Shown: positions 50,338 to 59,692 of the stretch, piece by piece | How positions within the stretch are numbered: position 1 is the stretch's first letter | Layout: each line of letters begins with the position of its first letter | DNA from: a virus | Direction: 5' to 3' (one strand) | IMG/VR virus record: IMGVR_UViG_3300042894_006198 | Span: 64,001-128,000 of that record | DNA: 64,000 nucleotides | Translations under genes and position numbers: made by a program | The notes under the pieces: generated by a model | Database searches by the model: none | Told to the model about the DNA's origin: nothing | Seen by the model: only the letters and a program-made list of their open reading frames with translations

Positions 50338-52239
50338 ATGTCAGCATCAATACTGTTGGAATCTGCTAAACCACCTGTTGGTCGTGAATTCCAACACCTT
50401 GAAGATTTAATCTACATAGAAGGCGCACGTGGTATAAAACGAGTGCTTGAATGTATTGCAGGTATTATTAAACGTCAACCATTAGAAGTAAAATGGGATG
50501 GTAGCCCTGCTATAATTTTTGGTAGAACAGACAACGGTCGTTTTCACTTTGGTGACAAATATAGTCGTGATATTGTAGACAGCCCACAAGCAGTATATGA
50601 ACAATATATTGGACGTAAACCTAAGCGCACTTTTGAACGTGAACAATTTGCACGTGATATGGCAGCATTGTATGAAATATATGAAGCAGCAACCCCGCAA
50701 GATTTTCGTGGTTTTATGGAAGCAGGATTGCTATATAAAGGGTCACCATCATTAAACGAAGATTGTTTCCAATGTAACCCAAATACTGTAATTTACAAAA
50801 TCAACCCTCAAAGTCAATTAGGACAGCGTATTGCTAATAGTGAAAGTGGATGTGCTGCAACAGCATACTTTCAGCACTTACCTGCTACAGGTGGTAGACG
50901 ATATCCTGTAGGTGATTATGCTAATAGTTTTAAAGGTAATCAAGTTGTTGTTATACCACCATTACACACAAGTGATTCACCAAAATTAGAACGTTCATTG
51001 CTAGAAAAATATTGGAACTTTGCCAAACAAAAGCGTTATAGTATTAATGAATTTGTGTCTCCAATGGTTATAAAAAAGATACTATACGAATATGTTAATA
51101 GCCAAATAAATGAAAATGATTTAAGCGCATTGAATAATTTAGGAGATAATTTCACTACCTATGCACGTGATAGTTTATCTGCTAAGGAGCAAAACATATT
51201 AGCTGAACATTTACAAAATAATTTAGATGGAGCTAATGATACTTTTAGGATGATACGTGCTACTATGAAAATTAAGGATTTAATTGTTGACCAACTTGAA
51301 GAAAGCACATTACGCAAGTTAGGCATTGAGGCAGAATTACCTGATGGACAACGTGGTGGTGAAGGATTTGTTTATGATATCAACGAAGGTGTCAACCCAA
51401 TAAAACTAGTCAAGCGTGGCGCATTTACTAGAGCAAATAAATTTAAGAATGAATCAAAATATTTAAAAGAATCAATTAGTCGTAACGGTAAGAGTGATCG
51501 TGCAGTAATTACTTTTGGTCGTTGTATGGGTCATCGTGGACATATGTATCTTGCTAATAGTGTGTTTAGCACTGCAAAAGAACAAGGTGCAGACCCTTAT
51601 GTTATATTAAGTAGAACGATGGGTGAAGATGATCCACTTACGCCAAATGAAAAATTATCCATCTACCATAAAGTATTTCCAAACCAAAAACAATGTTTTG
51701 TTGCTGCTGATGATAGTATGCCCACATTAATGAGTGCGTTAAAAAAATTAAATGAATTAGGGTATAAGCATGTTACTGCTATATTTGGTAATGATCGTGC
51801 TGATAGTATGGGGCATGTTAAAGAATACAATGGTAAGAGTTATCAATTTGAAACATTGAATGTTATTAGTAGACAACAAACAAATGATCCATACAAGAAT
51901 ATAAACGGACCACGTGGCACTGATATGCGTAAAGTATTAAGTGATCCTAATTTGTCTGAGCAACAAAAATTTGGATATTGGCGCAAGTGTATGAGTCCAC
52001 AATTGAGCGATGATGATGTACAATATATCATGAGCATTGTACAAAAACGTATGGGTAATCAATTGGATGAAGCTGATAACCCAAATTATTTTGGTGCTAA
52101 TAGTGCATCACCGATTCCTGGTACGCCTGAAGATTTACAAGATGTTCGTACACCTGCCCAAAAGCGTAAAGATGCTATCAGAGCGGTTAAAAAAGCACGT
52201 GAATTACGCAAATTTATGGGTCATAATGAAGTACGTTAA
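50338..52239 (+). CDS. Ligase-like (KxDG) domain fused to a HxGH cytidylyl/adenylyltransferase-like domain
   Basis: HLED, VKWDGSPA, GEGFV, IKLV.R; then TFGR.MGHRGH, GNDR, R....GT.MR. Confidence 0.7.
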   Translation: MSASILLESAKPPVGREFQHLEDLIYIEGARGIKRVLECIAGIIKRQPLEVKWDGSPAIIFGRTDNGRFHFGDKYSRDIVDSPQAVYEQYIGRKPKRTFEREQFARDMAALYEIYEAATPQDFRGFMEAGLLYKGSPSLNEDCFQCNPNTVIYKINPQSQLGQRIANSESGCAATAYFQHLPATGGRRYPVGDYANSFKGNQVVVIPPLHTSDSPKLERSLLEKYWNFAKQKRYSINEFVSPMVIKKILYEYVNSQINENDLSALNNLGDNFTTYARDSLSAKEQNILAEHLQNNLDGANDTFRMIRATMKIKDLIVDQLEESTLRKLGIEAELPDGQRGGEGFVYDINEGVNPIKLVKRGAFTRANKFKNESKYLKESISRNGKSDRAVITFGRCMGHRGHMYLANSVFSTAKEQGADPYVILSRTMGEDDPLTPNEKLSIYHKVFPNQKQCFVAADDSMPTLMSALKKLNELGYKHVTAIFGNDRADSMGHVKEYNGKSYQFETLNVISRQQTNDPYKNINGPRGTDMRKVLSDPNLSEQQKFGYWRKCMSPQLSDDDVQYIMSIVQKRMGNQLDEADNPNYFGANSASPIPGTPEDLQDVRTPAQKRKDAIRAVKKARELRKFMGHNEVR

Positions 52240-52384
52240 GAATATATATTTTTTGCGTTACTGTTTATCCTAAATACTTTTGACACAGAAAGAAATCAAG
52301 TAACATTCAATCTGTAGTCGAAGTTCTCGAAACTACACTTAGGTCTCATTTTAGCTACATTTTAACTTATTAAGGAGAAAATAA

Positions 52385-53380
52385 ATGTCATTAGCTGCTA
52401 TTCGTGCTAAATTGGCTGCACAAGAAGCCAAAACCAATGCCCAAGGTTCAACTACATTTTCGGGCGATAACGCAATCTACCCACATTGGAATATGGAAGA
52501 AGGTACAACGACAACGGTTCGTTTCTTGCCTGATTCAGATGGTTTGAATGATTATTTTTGGGTTGAGCGTAATATGATTAACCTTGAGTTTCAAGGTATT
52601 AAGGGGCAAGCATCAAACCCTGTAACGGTAAAAGTACCGTGTGTTGAGATGTATGGTGAGAATTGTCCTGTTCTTGCTGAAGTACGTACATGGTATAAAG
52701 ATGAATCCATGAAACCCATTGCTAATAAGTATTGGAAAAAGCGTACTTATATTTTCCAAGGATTTGTCCGTAACAGTCAAATGACAGAGGAAAATGTACC
52801 TGAGAATCCCATTCGTAGGTTTATTATTTCCCCACAAATTTTTGGTGTTATTAAAAATAGTTTGATGGATCCTGATATTGAAGAAATCCCTACACACTAT
52901 ATGCGTGGTTTAGATTTTAGAATTATTAAAACAAGCAAAGGTGGTTATGCTGACTACAGTACTAGTGGATGGTCACGTAAAGAAAGTGCATTAACTTCAG
53001 ATGAGCAAGCTGCAATTGAAAGATTTGGTTTGTTTAATTTGAAAGATTTCTTACCTAAAAAACCTAGCGAAAGTGAATTACGTGTTATCAAAGAAATGTT
53101 TGAAGCTAGCGTAAATGGTGAAGAATATGATACAGACAAGTGGGGCGCATATTACCGTCCAAGTGGTGTACAAGCACCTACATCAGCACCTGTATCACAT
53201 GATGATGAAGAATCTTCGTATGTAGTTCAATCTCCTGTAGCTACAAAACCTGTAATCACACAGGTTAGCGAAGAACCTGCTGAAGCAACTGACGTTAAGG
53301 TTACTAAGCCAACTGAATCAAAGCAAAACGTTACTGATGTTCTTGCCATGATTCGTAGCAAGCGTAACGCACAAGCGTAA
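52385..53380 (+). CDS. gp32: Single-stranded DNA-binding protein (T4 gp32-like)
   Basis: VRFLP, PC.EMYGE.CP, G.DF.I.K...GGYADYS.S; upstream of uvsX. Confidence 0.9.
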   Translation: MSLAAIRAKLAAQEAKTNAQGSTTFSGDNAIYPHWNMEEGTTTTVRFLPDSDGLNDYFWVERNMINLEFQGIKGQASNPVTVKVPCVEMYGENCPVLAEVRTWYKDESMKPIANKYWKKRTYIFQGFVRNSQMTEENVPENPIRRFIISPQIFGVIKNSLMDPDIEEIPTHYMRGLDFRIIKTSKGGYADYSTSGWSRKESALTSDEQAAIERFGLFNLKDFLPKKPSESELRVIKEMFEASVNGEEYDTDKWGAYYRPSGVQAPTSAPVSHDDEESSYVVQSPVATKPVITQVSEEPAEATDVKVTKPTESKQNVTDVLAMIRSKRNAQA

Positions 53381-53397
53381 ATAGCATTGTTCAATCA

Positions 53398-53419
53398 GGG
53401 TAGCATTACGATGCTACCC
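53398..53419 (+). other. Perfect 9-bp RNA hairpin with UACG loop
   Basis: GGGTAGCAT-TACG-ATGCTACCC, with no T-tract. Confidence 0.65.
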
Positions 53420-53438
53420 AATTCTAAGGAGATTAAAA

Positions 53439-53672
53439 ATGACTTTACCTGATGAAAGGTACCGAGCGTTAAAACAAGGTAAAAAGTTATTGGAAGAACT
53501 ATGCGACCCAGGCCGAACCCCACGTGTTCCAAGTATGGTACGTGATCGTGCTAGAGCAGCACTAAAACATTTCCCCAATGATTTTGATATTGATTGTTTA
53601 GCAGACTCTGCACCAACAATTCTTGATAAACAACTATTTAAAGTATATACAAATAATTCTATTGCAAAGTAA
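53439..53672 (+). CDS. BPSL0761-like small protein
   Basis: MTLPDERYRA...VR.RA...LKHFP; AAGGAG SD. Confidence 0.7.
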   Translation: MTLPDERYRALKQGKKLLEELCDPGRTPRVPSMVRDRARAALKHFPNDFDIDCLADSAPTILDKQLFKVYTNNSIAK

Positions 53673-53676
53673 AATA

Positions 53677-54165
53677 ATGCCAAGATTTTTAGAAAGACAA
53701 AAAGCATTACAAGCAGGGTTACCTACCTACTTTACAGGTAGACCATGTAAAAGAAATCATATTTCAGAACGTTTTACGTCTTCATGGATTTGTGTAGAAT
53801 GTTCAAGAATGGATCTTTATAAGTCTGACCGAGATCGTTATAGAGAAATGAAAAATACTTTAGAATTCCAATTTAGACAAAGAAGAAACGCTGCGCTTAA
53901 GAAAGGTATACCATTTACTATAAATTATGAAGAATTAAATCAACCTGAATTTTGTCCAATATTAGGCATAAAACTAAACTATGGATGGGGTGGTTTAAAT
54001 GGGCATCTTAGAGACCCTGCTAAAGCAACAATAGATAAAAAAATACCAAAGTTAGGCTATATAAAAGGAAATGTATATATAATATCTTGGAGAGCAAATA
54101 AGCTTAAATCTGATATGACATTAGATGAATTAGAAAAAATTTTAAACTATTTAAAAAAGGTATAA
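53677..54165 (+). CDS. HNH-type (homing-like) endonuclease
   Basis: YFTG.PC..H...R....C.EC Zn module; CPILG...TID...P.LGY..GNV.IIS..AN.LK. Confidence 0.75.
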   Translation: MPRFLERQKALQAGLPTYFTGRPCKRNHISERFTSSWICVECSRMDLYKSDRDRYREMKNTLEFQFRQRRNAALKKGIPFTINYEELNQPEFCPILGIKLNYGWGGLNGHLRDPAKATIDKKIPKLGYIKGNVYIISWRANKLKSDMTLDELEKILNYLKKV

Positions 54166-54168
54166 TCA

Positions 54169-55233
54169 ATGCAGAAACCGTTTGACATTGCACGTTTTCG
54201 TAAAGACGTAACAAAAAGTATTGAAGGAATTAGTATAGGATTTCATGATCCTACTGATTGGATTTCTACAGGCAACTATGCTTTAAATTATCTAATCAGT
54301 GGTGATTTTAATAAAGGTGTACCACTTGGAAAAGTCACTGTTTTTGCAGGTGAAAGTGGTAGTGGCAAATCATATATTTGCAGTGGAAATATCGTAAAAA
54401 ATGCACAAGAACAAGGTATCTATGTTGTTCTTATTGATAGTGAAAACGCACTTGATGAAAGTTGGCTACATGCACTAGGGGTTGATACAAGTGATGATAA
54501 ATTACTTAAAATGAATATGGCAATGATTGATGATGTTGCCAAAACTATCTCAACCTTTATGAAAGATTATAAAGAAACACCTGTTGCTGAAAGACCTAAA
54601 GTATTATTTGTTATTGACAGTTTAGGTATGTTAATGAGTCCAACTGAAGTAAACCAATTTGATAGTGGTGATTTAAAAGGTGACATGGGACGTAAAGCCA
54701 AAGCACTTAAAGCACTTGTCACTAATTGTGTAAACATGTTTGGTTCATTTAATGTAGGCTTAGTTGCTACTAATCATACATATGCTTCGCAAGATCCATA
54801 CAACCCTGACCCTAACGTAAGTGGTGGACAAGGATTTGTTTTCGCAAGCAGTATATTAGTTGCCATGAAAAAATTAAAACTCAAAGAAGATGAGGAAGGT
54901 AATAAAACTTCAGATGTGCTAGGCATACGTGCAGGATGTAAAGTAATGAAAACACGTTTTGCTAAACCATTTGAAGATGTTGAAGTACATATTCCGTATG
55001 AAACAGGTATGAATCCTTATAGTGGATTTTTTGACCTAATTGAGAAAAAAGGATTTGTTACTAGAGAAGGTAACCGTTATATGTATACAGATCAAAACGG
55101 TGAAGTACATCGTTACTTTCGTAAAGAATGGGCTAAAAACGAAAACGGTATTATGGATTTAGTAATGAAGGAATTCTCGCAACGTGAAAAACAAGTAAAT
55201 ACAGAATTAGCGGAGGCTGAACAAAATGCTTGA
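54169..55233 (+). CDS. uvsX: RecA-like recombinase UvsX
   Basis: STG..ALN..ISG, AGESGSGKS, DSE.A, IDSLG, TNHTY, SGG. Confidence 0.95.
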   Translation: MQKPFDIARFRKDVTKSIEGISIGFHDPTDWISTGNYALNYLISGDFNKGVPLGKVTVFAGESGSGKSYICSGNIVKNAQEQGIYVVLIDSENALDESWLHALGVDTSDDKLLKMNMAMIDDVAKTISTFMKDYKETPVAERPKVLFVIDSLGMLMSPTEVNQFDSGDLKGDMGRKAKALKALVTNCVNMFGSFNVGLVATNHTYASQDPYNPDPNVSGGQGFVFASSILVAMKKLKLKEDEEGNKTSDVLGIRAGCKVMKTRFAKPFEDVEVHIPYETGMNPYSGFFDLIEKKGFVTREGNRYMYTDQNGEVHRYFRKEWAKNENGIMDLVMKEFSQREKQVNTELAEAEQNA

Positions 55234-55489
55234 TACAGTTGCAGCAGTATATGAAGTGCTCAAACGTTATATCAATACTACTGATATGCGTGATGCAGCA
55301 GAAGATGTATTGAATGTTCTTGTTGATCATGACTTAAGTTACGATGAAATACGTGACGCTTTTATAGGTGAAAAAGAAATGGTAAGCGCACTAAAAGCTT
55401 ACCAAGCAGACGAAGATGATTTTGATGATGATGAGGACTTCGCAGAAGACGAAGATGATTGGTATAACGAAGATGACGATTATCAGTAA
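55226..55489 (+). CDS. Hypothetical protein with acidic tail
   Basis: GGAGG SD; D/E-rich C-terminus. Confidence 0.7.
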   Translation: MLDTVAAVYEVLKRYINTTDMRDAAEDVLNVLVDHDLSYDEIRDAFIGEKEMVSALKAYQADEDDFDDDEDFAEDEDDWYNEDDDYQ

Positions 55490-55491
55490 TC

Positions 55492-55953
55492 ATGGGTTGG
55501 TTTACAGAAATAACACAGGATATCTCAGTACTACCTGAGTTTATCGAGCATTATCATCATGAACTTAACCAAGCTAAACATGAAGTAAAGATAATTAAAG
55601 GCGAACGTGTTGAACGATTGTTGGCGATGCTGCCTGGGGTGACGGAGCATCGTTTTAACCAACTACAAGAAATTGAAGCTATCCTTGATTATATGAATGG
55701 GCAACTTCGTAAAACACGTAGCTTAGCTTTTAAAAAATATTTAGAGAATTATCCACGTCAGCTAACATCACGTGATGCTGAACGTTATGCTGATGCTGAG
55801 CAAGATGTTATTGACATGGAAACCCTAGTCAATGAAGTTGCATTGATGCGTAATCAATGGTTAGGTATTATGAAAGCACTTGAGTCTAAAAACTTTATGT
55901 TGGGGCATATCGTACGTTTGCGTGTTGCAGGAATGGAAGATATTACAATTTAA
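55492..55953 (+). CDS. uvsY: Recombination mediator UvsY-like
   Basis: Helical 153-aa protein, Y.R.L..RDAE.Y.D; syntenic with gp32-uvsX. Confidence 0.75.
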   Translation: MGWFTEITQDISVLPEFIEHYHHELNQAKHEVKIIKGERVERLLAMLPGVTEHRFNQLQEIEAILDYMNGQLRKTRSLAFKKYLENYPRQLTSRDAERYADAEQDVIDMETLVNEVALMRNQWLGIMKALESKNFMLGHIVRLRVAGMEDITI

Positions 55954-55966
55954 TATAAAAAAACAC

Positions 55967-55995
55967 TTGACAGGTTATCTAAATTCACTTATACT
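55967..55995 (+). promoter_or_regulatory. Sigma70-type early promoter
   Basis: TTGACA-17-TATACT. Confidence 0.85.
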
Positions 55996-56029
55996 TCCCA
56001 TATAGTTAGTCAACACCAAGGGGAATACG

Positions 56030-56323
56030 ATGAAAATTGCAGTTTACACTCAATACTTCGAAAACTACGGTACTGTTGAAGCTCCTCGTTGGAAGTCCAA
56101 AGGTGGTTCAACCTATCTTATAAACAACCTTAGTGTTAAAGATGTTTTCTTCTTAAAAGACAACCTCGATGTAATTAGTGACAAATTTAACTTTAGCAAT
56201 GAGTTTGCTGAGGAAATCGTTGCTAACTTTACTATTCACGATGATGACGATATGTCATTCTGTAAAGAGTGGGAATTACCCTATATGAAACAGTTTTCAC
56301 GTAGCGACTTTGCCACTGCTTGA
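56030..56323 (+). CDS. Early hypothetical protein
   Basis: TQY.ENYG...WK.KGG.TY; own promoter and SD. Confidence 0.75.
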   Translation: MKIAVYTQYFENYGTVEAPRWKSKGGSTYLINNLSVKDVFFLKDNLDVISDKFNFSNEFAEEIVANFTIHDDDDMSFCKEWELPYMKQFSRSDFATA

Positions 56324-56348
56324 CAGTGGTAGAGTTTTTACCTATAAT
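56320..56348 (+). promoter_or_regulatory. Sigma70-type early promoter
   Basis: TTGACA-17-TATAAT. Confidence 0.9.
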
Positions 56349-56382
56349 CACTATATAGTAAATACTTCAAAAGGAAACAAAA

Positions 56383-57099
56383 ATGATGTATGCGAATCGT
56401 GAAGCTGAAGAAAACATGATTTTTGTGCGTTCCCGTATTAAGTATTCACACGGTGTATACACGTCACCCAAACAACGTTGGTTTTGGATGGACAAACCAA
56501 AAGATCTTATTGAAAAAGAAGATCGTACTACTCCTTATGGACTAGAAGTTAAAGCAGGTGAACGTATCTTATCGATTGATTCTGTTGCTGTATGGGCAGG
56601 ATATGGTGTACGTAGTAAAGTACCTGTTGTCCATGTCGCAATCCTTGATCGTGTTGGTGTACGTGCTTTCTATAAACTAGGTGGTAAGGGTAACCTACGT
56701 GATGGTTGGGCACCTGACCCCAAGAAAACTAAATTAGTGTGGGAGCGTCCTGCAGATGTTGTGGGATTACCTGAAGAAGAACCCAAAGAAGTTAAAAAAT
56801 CTGTAAAAATGGGTGAAGTTGGTGATACCATCATCGTAGAGGGTACCGTAGTCAAGCATGAAGTGTTGCCAACTGTTTATGGTACTGTTGACAAGTTTAT
56901 TATTAAAGATGCTAATGACAACCTATACATGTACAAGGGTACAAAGTTTCTAACTGAAAAAGGTGGTTTCGTTAAACTTGAGACTAAAGTAAAAGATCAC
57001 TTTGAGATGGGTGACGCATCTAATAATTGGATCACCATTCTTGGTGGTAAGGGTAAAAATTCGATGAATGTGTTAATTCAAGAAAGTTTTCAAACATGA
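56383..57099 (+). CDS. Early protein with possible C-terminal OB-fold
   Basis: G.VG..I...G.V......YG...F...D..N......VK.H pattern. Confidence 0.6.
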   Translation: MMYANREAEENMIFVRSRIKYSHGVYTSPKQRWFWMDKPKDLIEKEDRTTPYGLEVKAGERILSIDSVAVWAGYGVRSKVPVVHVAILDRVGVRAFYKLGGKGNLRDGWAPDPKKTKLVWERPADVVGLPEEEPKEVKKSVKMGEVGDTIIVEGTVVKHEVLPTVYGTVDKFIIKDANDNLYMYKGTKFLTEKGGFVKLETKVKDHFEMGDASNNWITILGGKGKNSMNVLIQESFQT

Positions 57100-57242
57100 G
57101 ATTATTAATTAAAGATTATAAGTTGACACCTTTAGGTTGGTTTATTGCATTGTTGTTTGGATTGTTTTATGTACCACTATGGATATTATTTCATCCTAAA
57201 GAATTTTGGCAAGAATCTTTAAAACCATGGTTTAAAGAATGA
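57096..57242 (+). CDS. Single-TM microprotein (48 aa)
   Basis: ATGA overlaps at both ends; TM helix. Confidence 0.6.
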   Translation: MRLLIKDYKLTPLGWFIALLFGLFYVPLWILFHPKEFWQESLKPWFKE

Positions 57243-57451
57243 ATAATCACTTACGTACTATTGCAACTAAAGCTAGTCGTGATATTGATTTAGCATATAT
57301 GGGTGATGCTTATGCCATCTCACTTACTAAAGCCATTATTAAAGATTTAACTGATGAATTAGGCAAGGTTAAATGGATGGGCGATGATGAAGGATGGGAC
57401 AAAGCTATACAAGCTGTACAAAAAGAAATTAAATCACGTTATGGGTTGTGA
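57239..57451 (+). CDS. Small early protein (possible distant MNERI-family member)
   Basis: MNNHLRTIATKA...IKSRYGL. Confidence 0.6.
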   Translation: MNNHLRTIATKASRDIDLAYMGDAYAISLTKAIIKDLTDELGKVKWMGDDEGWDKAIQAVQKEIKSRYGL

Positions 57452-57754
57452 TCGATTGTTGATAACTTCATCATAAGTTTTTACAATATCTAATTCTTGT
57501 GGGTCATGATTTTTATCATAAGGCACAGGTAATTCTTGCCATTCGTTTTCGCTTACATCACATGTAATTAAAATTTTATATTTGTGTCCATCACTTGTAT
57601 AAAGTTCGATATTTTCCAAACCTATAACACTATGGCTTGCTTTAATCAGTGCTTCACCTAGTGATTTTAGTGCCAATTTTTCACCAATAATATATGCACG
57701 TCCGTTAGGTTCAGAATGATTGTGCATATGTAACCTACCTTTTATATTATTCAC
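57434..57754 (-). CDS. Hypothetical protein coupled to the dnaE-like gene
   Basis: Overlaps the dnaE stop; A.IIG...AL..L...L, SDG..Y.I.I, LP.PY. Confidence 0.6.
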   Translation of the reverse strand: MNNIKGRLHMHNHSEPNGRAYIIGEKLALKSLGEALIKASHSVIGLENIELYTSDGHKYKILITCDVSENEWQELPVPYDKNHDPQELDIVKTYDEVINNRSQPIT

Positions 57755-59420
57755 GATATAAATCCTTTATTTTAAAACGCTTATGTTTTTTGACGGTAAC
57801 ATACTCCGTATTATTTTTATAACCTAATTGACCAACGCCCCATAATATAGGTTGATCATGAAAACTAATGGCTTTGTCAACAATTACGTCAAGGTATCGA
57901 TTGTTACCTGTTCCTAATGTAACAAATGTTATATATTCTTTTGGTTTACTTTTGAAAACACGATAGTTAGCTACTAGACCACAGAATTCGATTTCACCTG
58001 GTTTGCGGATTTCATTGCAAAAAGGTAAGAATTTTTTACTGTGCCATTTGCCCTCTTTAGATAATTCTGATAGTTCATTGCCTTCGTAAATACTAACCAC
58101 TGCGTCAGCCAATTTAGCCTCGTGATGATATACCCATCGACTATAACTACCTTGACAATGTTTTAAAGTAGCTTGCCAAAACTTTTGTGGGTTATGTGCT
58201 TTTTGATAGGCAATCGCCCATATTAGTCGCCCTAAATTTATGGCATGAGCACGACACAAACCAAAATTACTAAGTTCACGTAGAGCAAAAAATATTTCTT
58301 CTTTGTGCTCATGTTCGCCAATCATTTTCATAAATTCAAATATTTTTTCTTCGTCTTTTTTGGCAAATGCTCTGCGCCACATATCAGCATCATATTGGTT
58401 ACAACCTAACAATTCACTAATTAATATGATGGCATCATCCTCAAAAACTATAGTATTATTAAAATTATCCTTGCTCCAATCTTGAAAAAAACTGGCTTTA
58501 CGTCTACCTTGTGTAGCAACAGGTCTGATTAAAGCAGTTGCCAATACACAATCTTCACGTTTCTTTGGTTTTATTGCACGTAATAATCGACGCATGGCAG
58601 GACTTTCAGCTTGCGTTACACCAAGTACATTACCACTACTCAATAATTCAGATGTTTTTTCATCATACTCAGGATAGTCTAATAAGTTCATATTAGGATC
58701 AATCTCGTGCAATTGTGATAATCCACGATTAGCAAGAATATCAATTTTAAAATGTTCTAAATCTTCAATCTCATATTTGTCGAGTAAAATTTGATTTTGA
58801 GCATTGATCAAACTTTTAGGTACAGAACGATCAAAGATTAGTATTCCACCACAATGTTTACTAATACATCGTTTTTTACCAAGTAATTTATTTGCCAATC
58901 GTTTAGCATCTTCAGCATATTCAGGAACAACTTTTTCTAAATTTAAATCACGTGGTAGTCTACCTTTTGCGCCAAAGCGTTTAGCTGCTTCACGCACTGC
59001 GCTTTTTTCTTTATAGGTAACATAATTGCTTACTCTAGCTGATTGACCTTTCCATTTGTTAAATATTCGATTCATAACTGTTTCTTGTTGCCAATGTGGA
59101 AAGTCTAAATCAATGTCAGGCAAATCATCACGCTTAGGGTTCATGAAGCGTGATAGTGGTATTTTTTCTTTAATTGGGTCAACGTCACTAATTCCAAGTA
59201 ACCAACATACTAAACTACTACCTGCGCTACCACGTGTCATGTGTGGTATGTCAACCGTAAGTTTTAATATATCAACCACTCGTAAAAAATGCTTTGCAAA
59301 GTTAAGATCAAGTATGAGATTTAATTCTTCTTCAAGTCTTGATTCGTATTCAGGTAGTTGGGGTAATGATCTTGTAAAGTGACTAACTAACGTTTCTAAT
59401 TGCTTTAATCTTTCTTCCAT
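57747..59420 (-). CDS. dnaE: Compact DNA polymerase III alpha-like (family C) protein lacking the PHP domain
   Basis: RGSAGSSLV...LGI..VDP, PDIDLDF, HCGG, KIDIL, Q.ES, ALIRP, C.AHA; OB-like C-terminus; 557 aa. Confidence 0.88.
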   Translation of the reverse strand: MEERLKQLETLVSHFTRSLPQLPEYESRLEEELNLILDLNFAKHFLRVVDILKLTVDIPHMTRGSAGSSLVCWLLGISDVDPIKEKIPLSRFMNPKRDDLPDIDLDFPHWQQETVMNRIFNKWKGQSARVSNYVTYKEKSAVREAAKRFGAKGRLPRDLNLEKVVPEYAEDAKRLANKLLGKKRCISKHCGGILIFDRSVPKSLINAQNQILLDKYEIEDLEHFKIDILANRGLSQLHEIDPNMNLLDYPEYDEKTSELLSSGNVLGVTQAESPAMRRLLRAIKPKKREDCVLATALIRPVATQGRRKASFFQDWSKDNFNNTIVFEDDAIILISELLGCNQYDADMWRRAFAKKDEEKIFEFMKMIGEHEHKEEIFFALRELSNFGLCRAHAINLGRLIWAIAYQKAHNPQKFWQATLKHCQGSYSRWVYHHEAKLADAVVSIYEGNELSELSKEGKWHSKKFLPFCNEIRKPGEIEFCGLVANYRVFKSKPKEYITFVTLGTGNNRYLDVIVDKAISFHDQPILWGVGQLGYKNNTEYVTVKKHKRFKIKDLYRE

Positions 59421-59492
59421 AATGTGCCTTAGTGTAGTAATAGTATGTTGTAAGCATGGTTATTTATGGATGCCGATGCCGAAGAATAAAAT

Positions 59493-59521
59493 TTGACAAG
59501 GTTGTAAGGGTATGGTACAAT
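59493..59521 (+). promoter_or_regulatory. Sigma70-type early promoter
   Basis: TTGACA-17-TACAAT. Confidence 0.8.
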
Positions 59522-59546
59522 GCAGTATTGTACAAGGAGAACAAAC

Positions 59547-59684
59547 ATGATTTATTTGTTTATCAGTGCATTGACTTTGATGATAGCAGTAAAAGACTTT
59601 AATGATATGGACAATAAGCTAGGATGGTTTGGTATTGTAATATCTGCTTGTAACTTTTCAGCTTTTTTATTTGAATATTTCTAA
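59547..59684 (+). CDS. Membrane microprotein (45 aa)
   Basis: AAGGAG SD after the promoter; hydrophobic. Confidence 0.65.
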   Translation: MIYLFISALTLMIAVKDFNDMDNKLGWFGIVISACNFSAFLFEYF

Positions 59685-59692
59685 ATATACCT

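Noticed and set aside
46338-59420. Inteins or group I introns in terminase, UvsX or DnaE
   Set aside because: Protein lengths are normal or short, motifs are contiguous, and the HNH gene does not split any gene.
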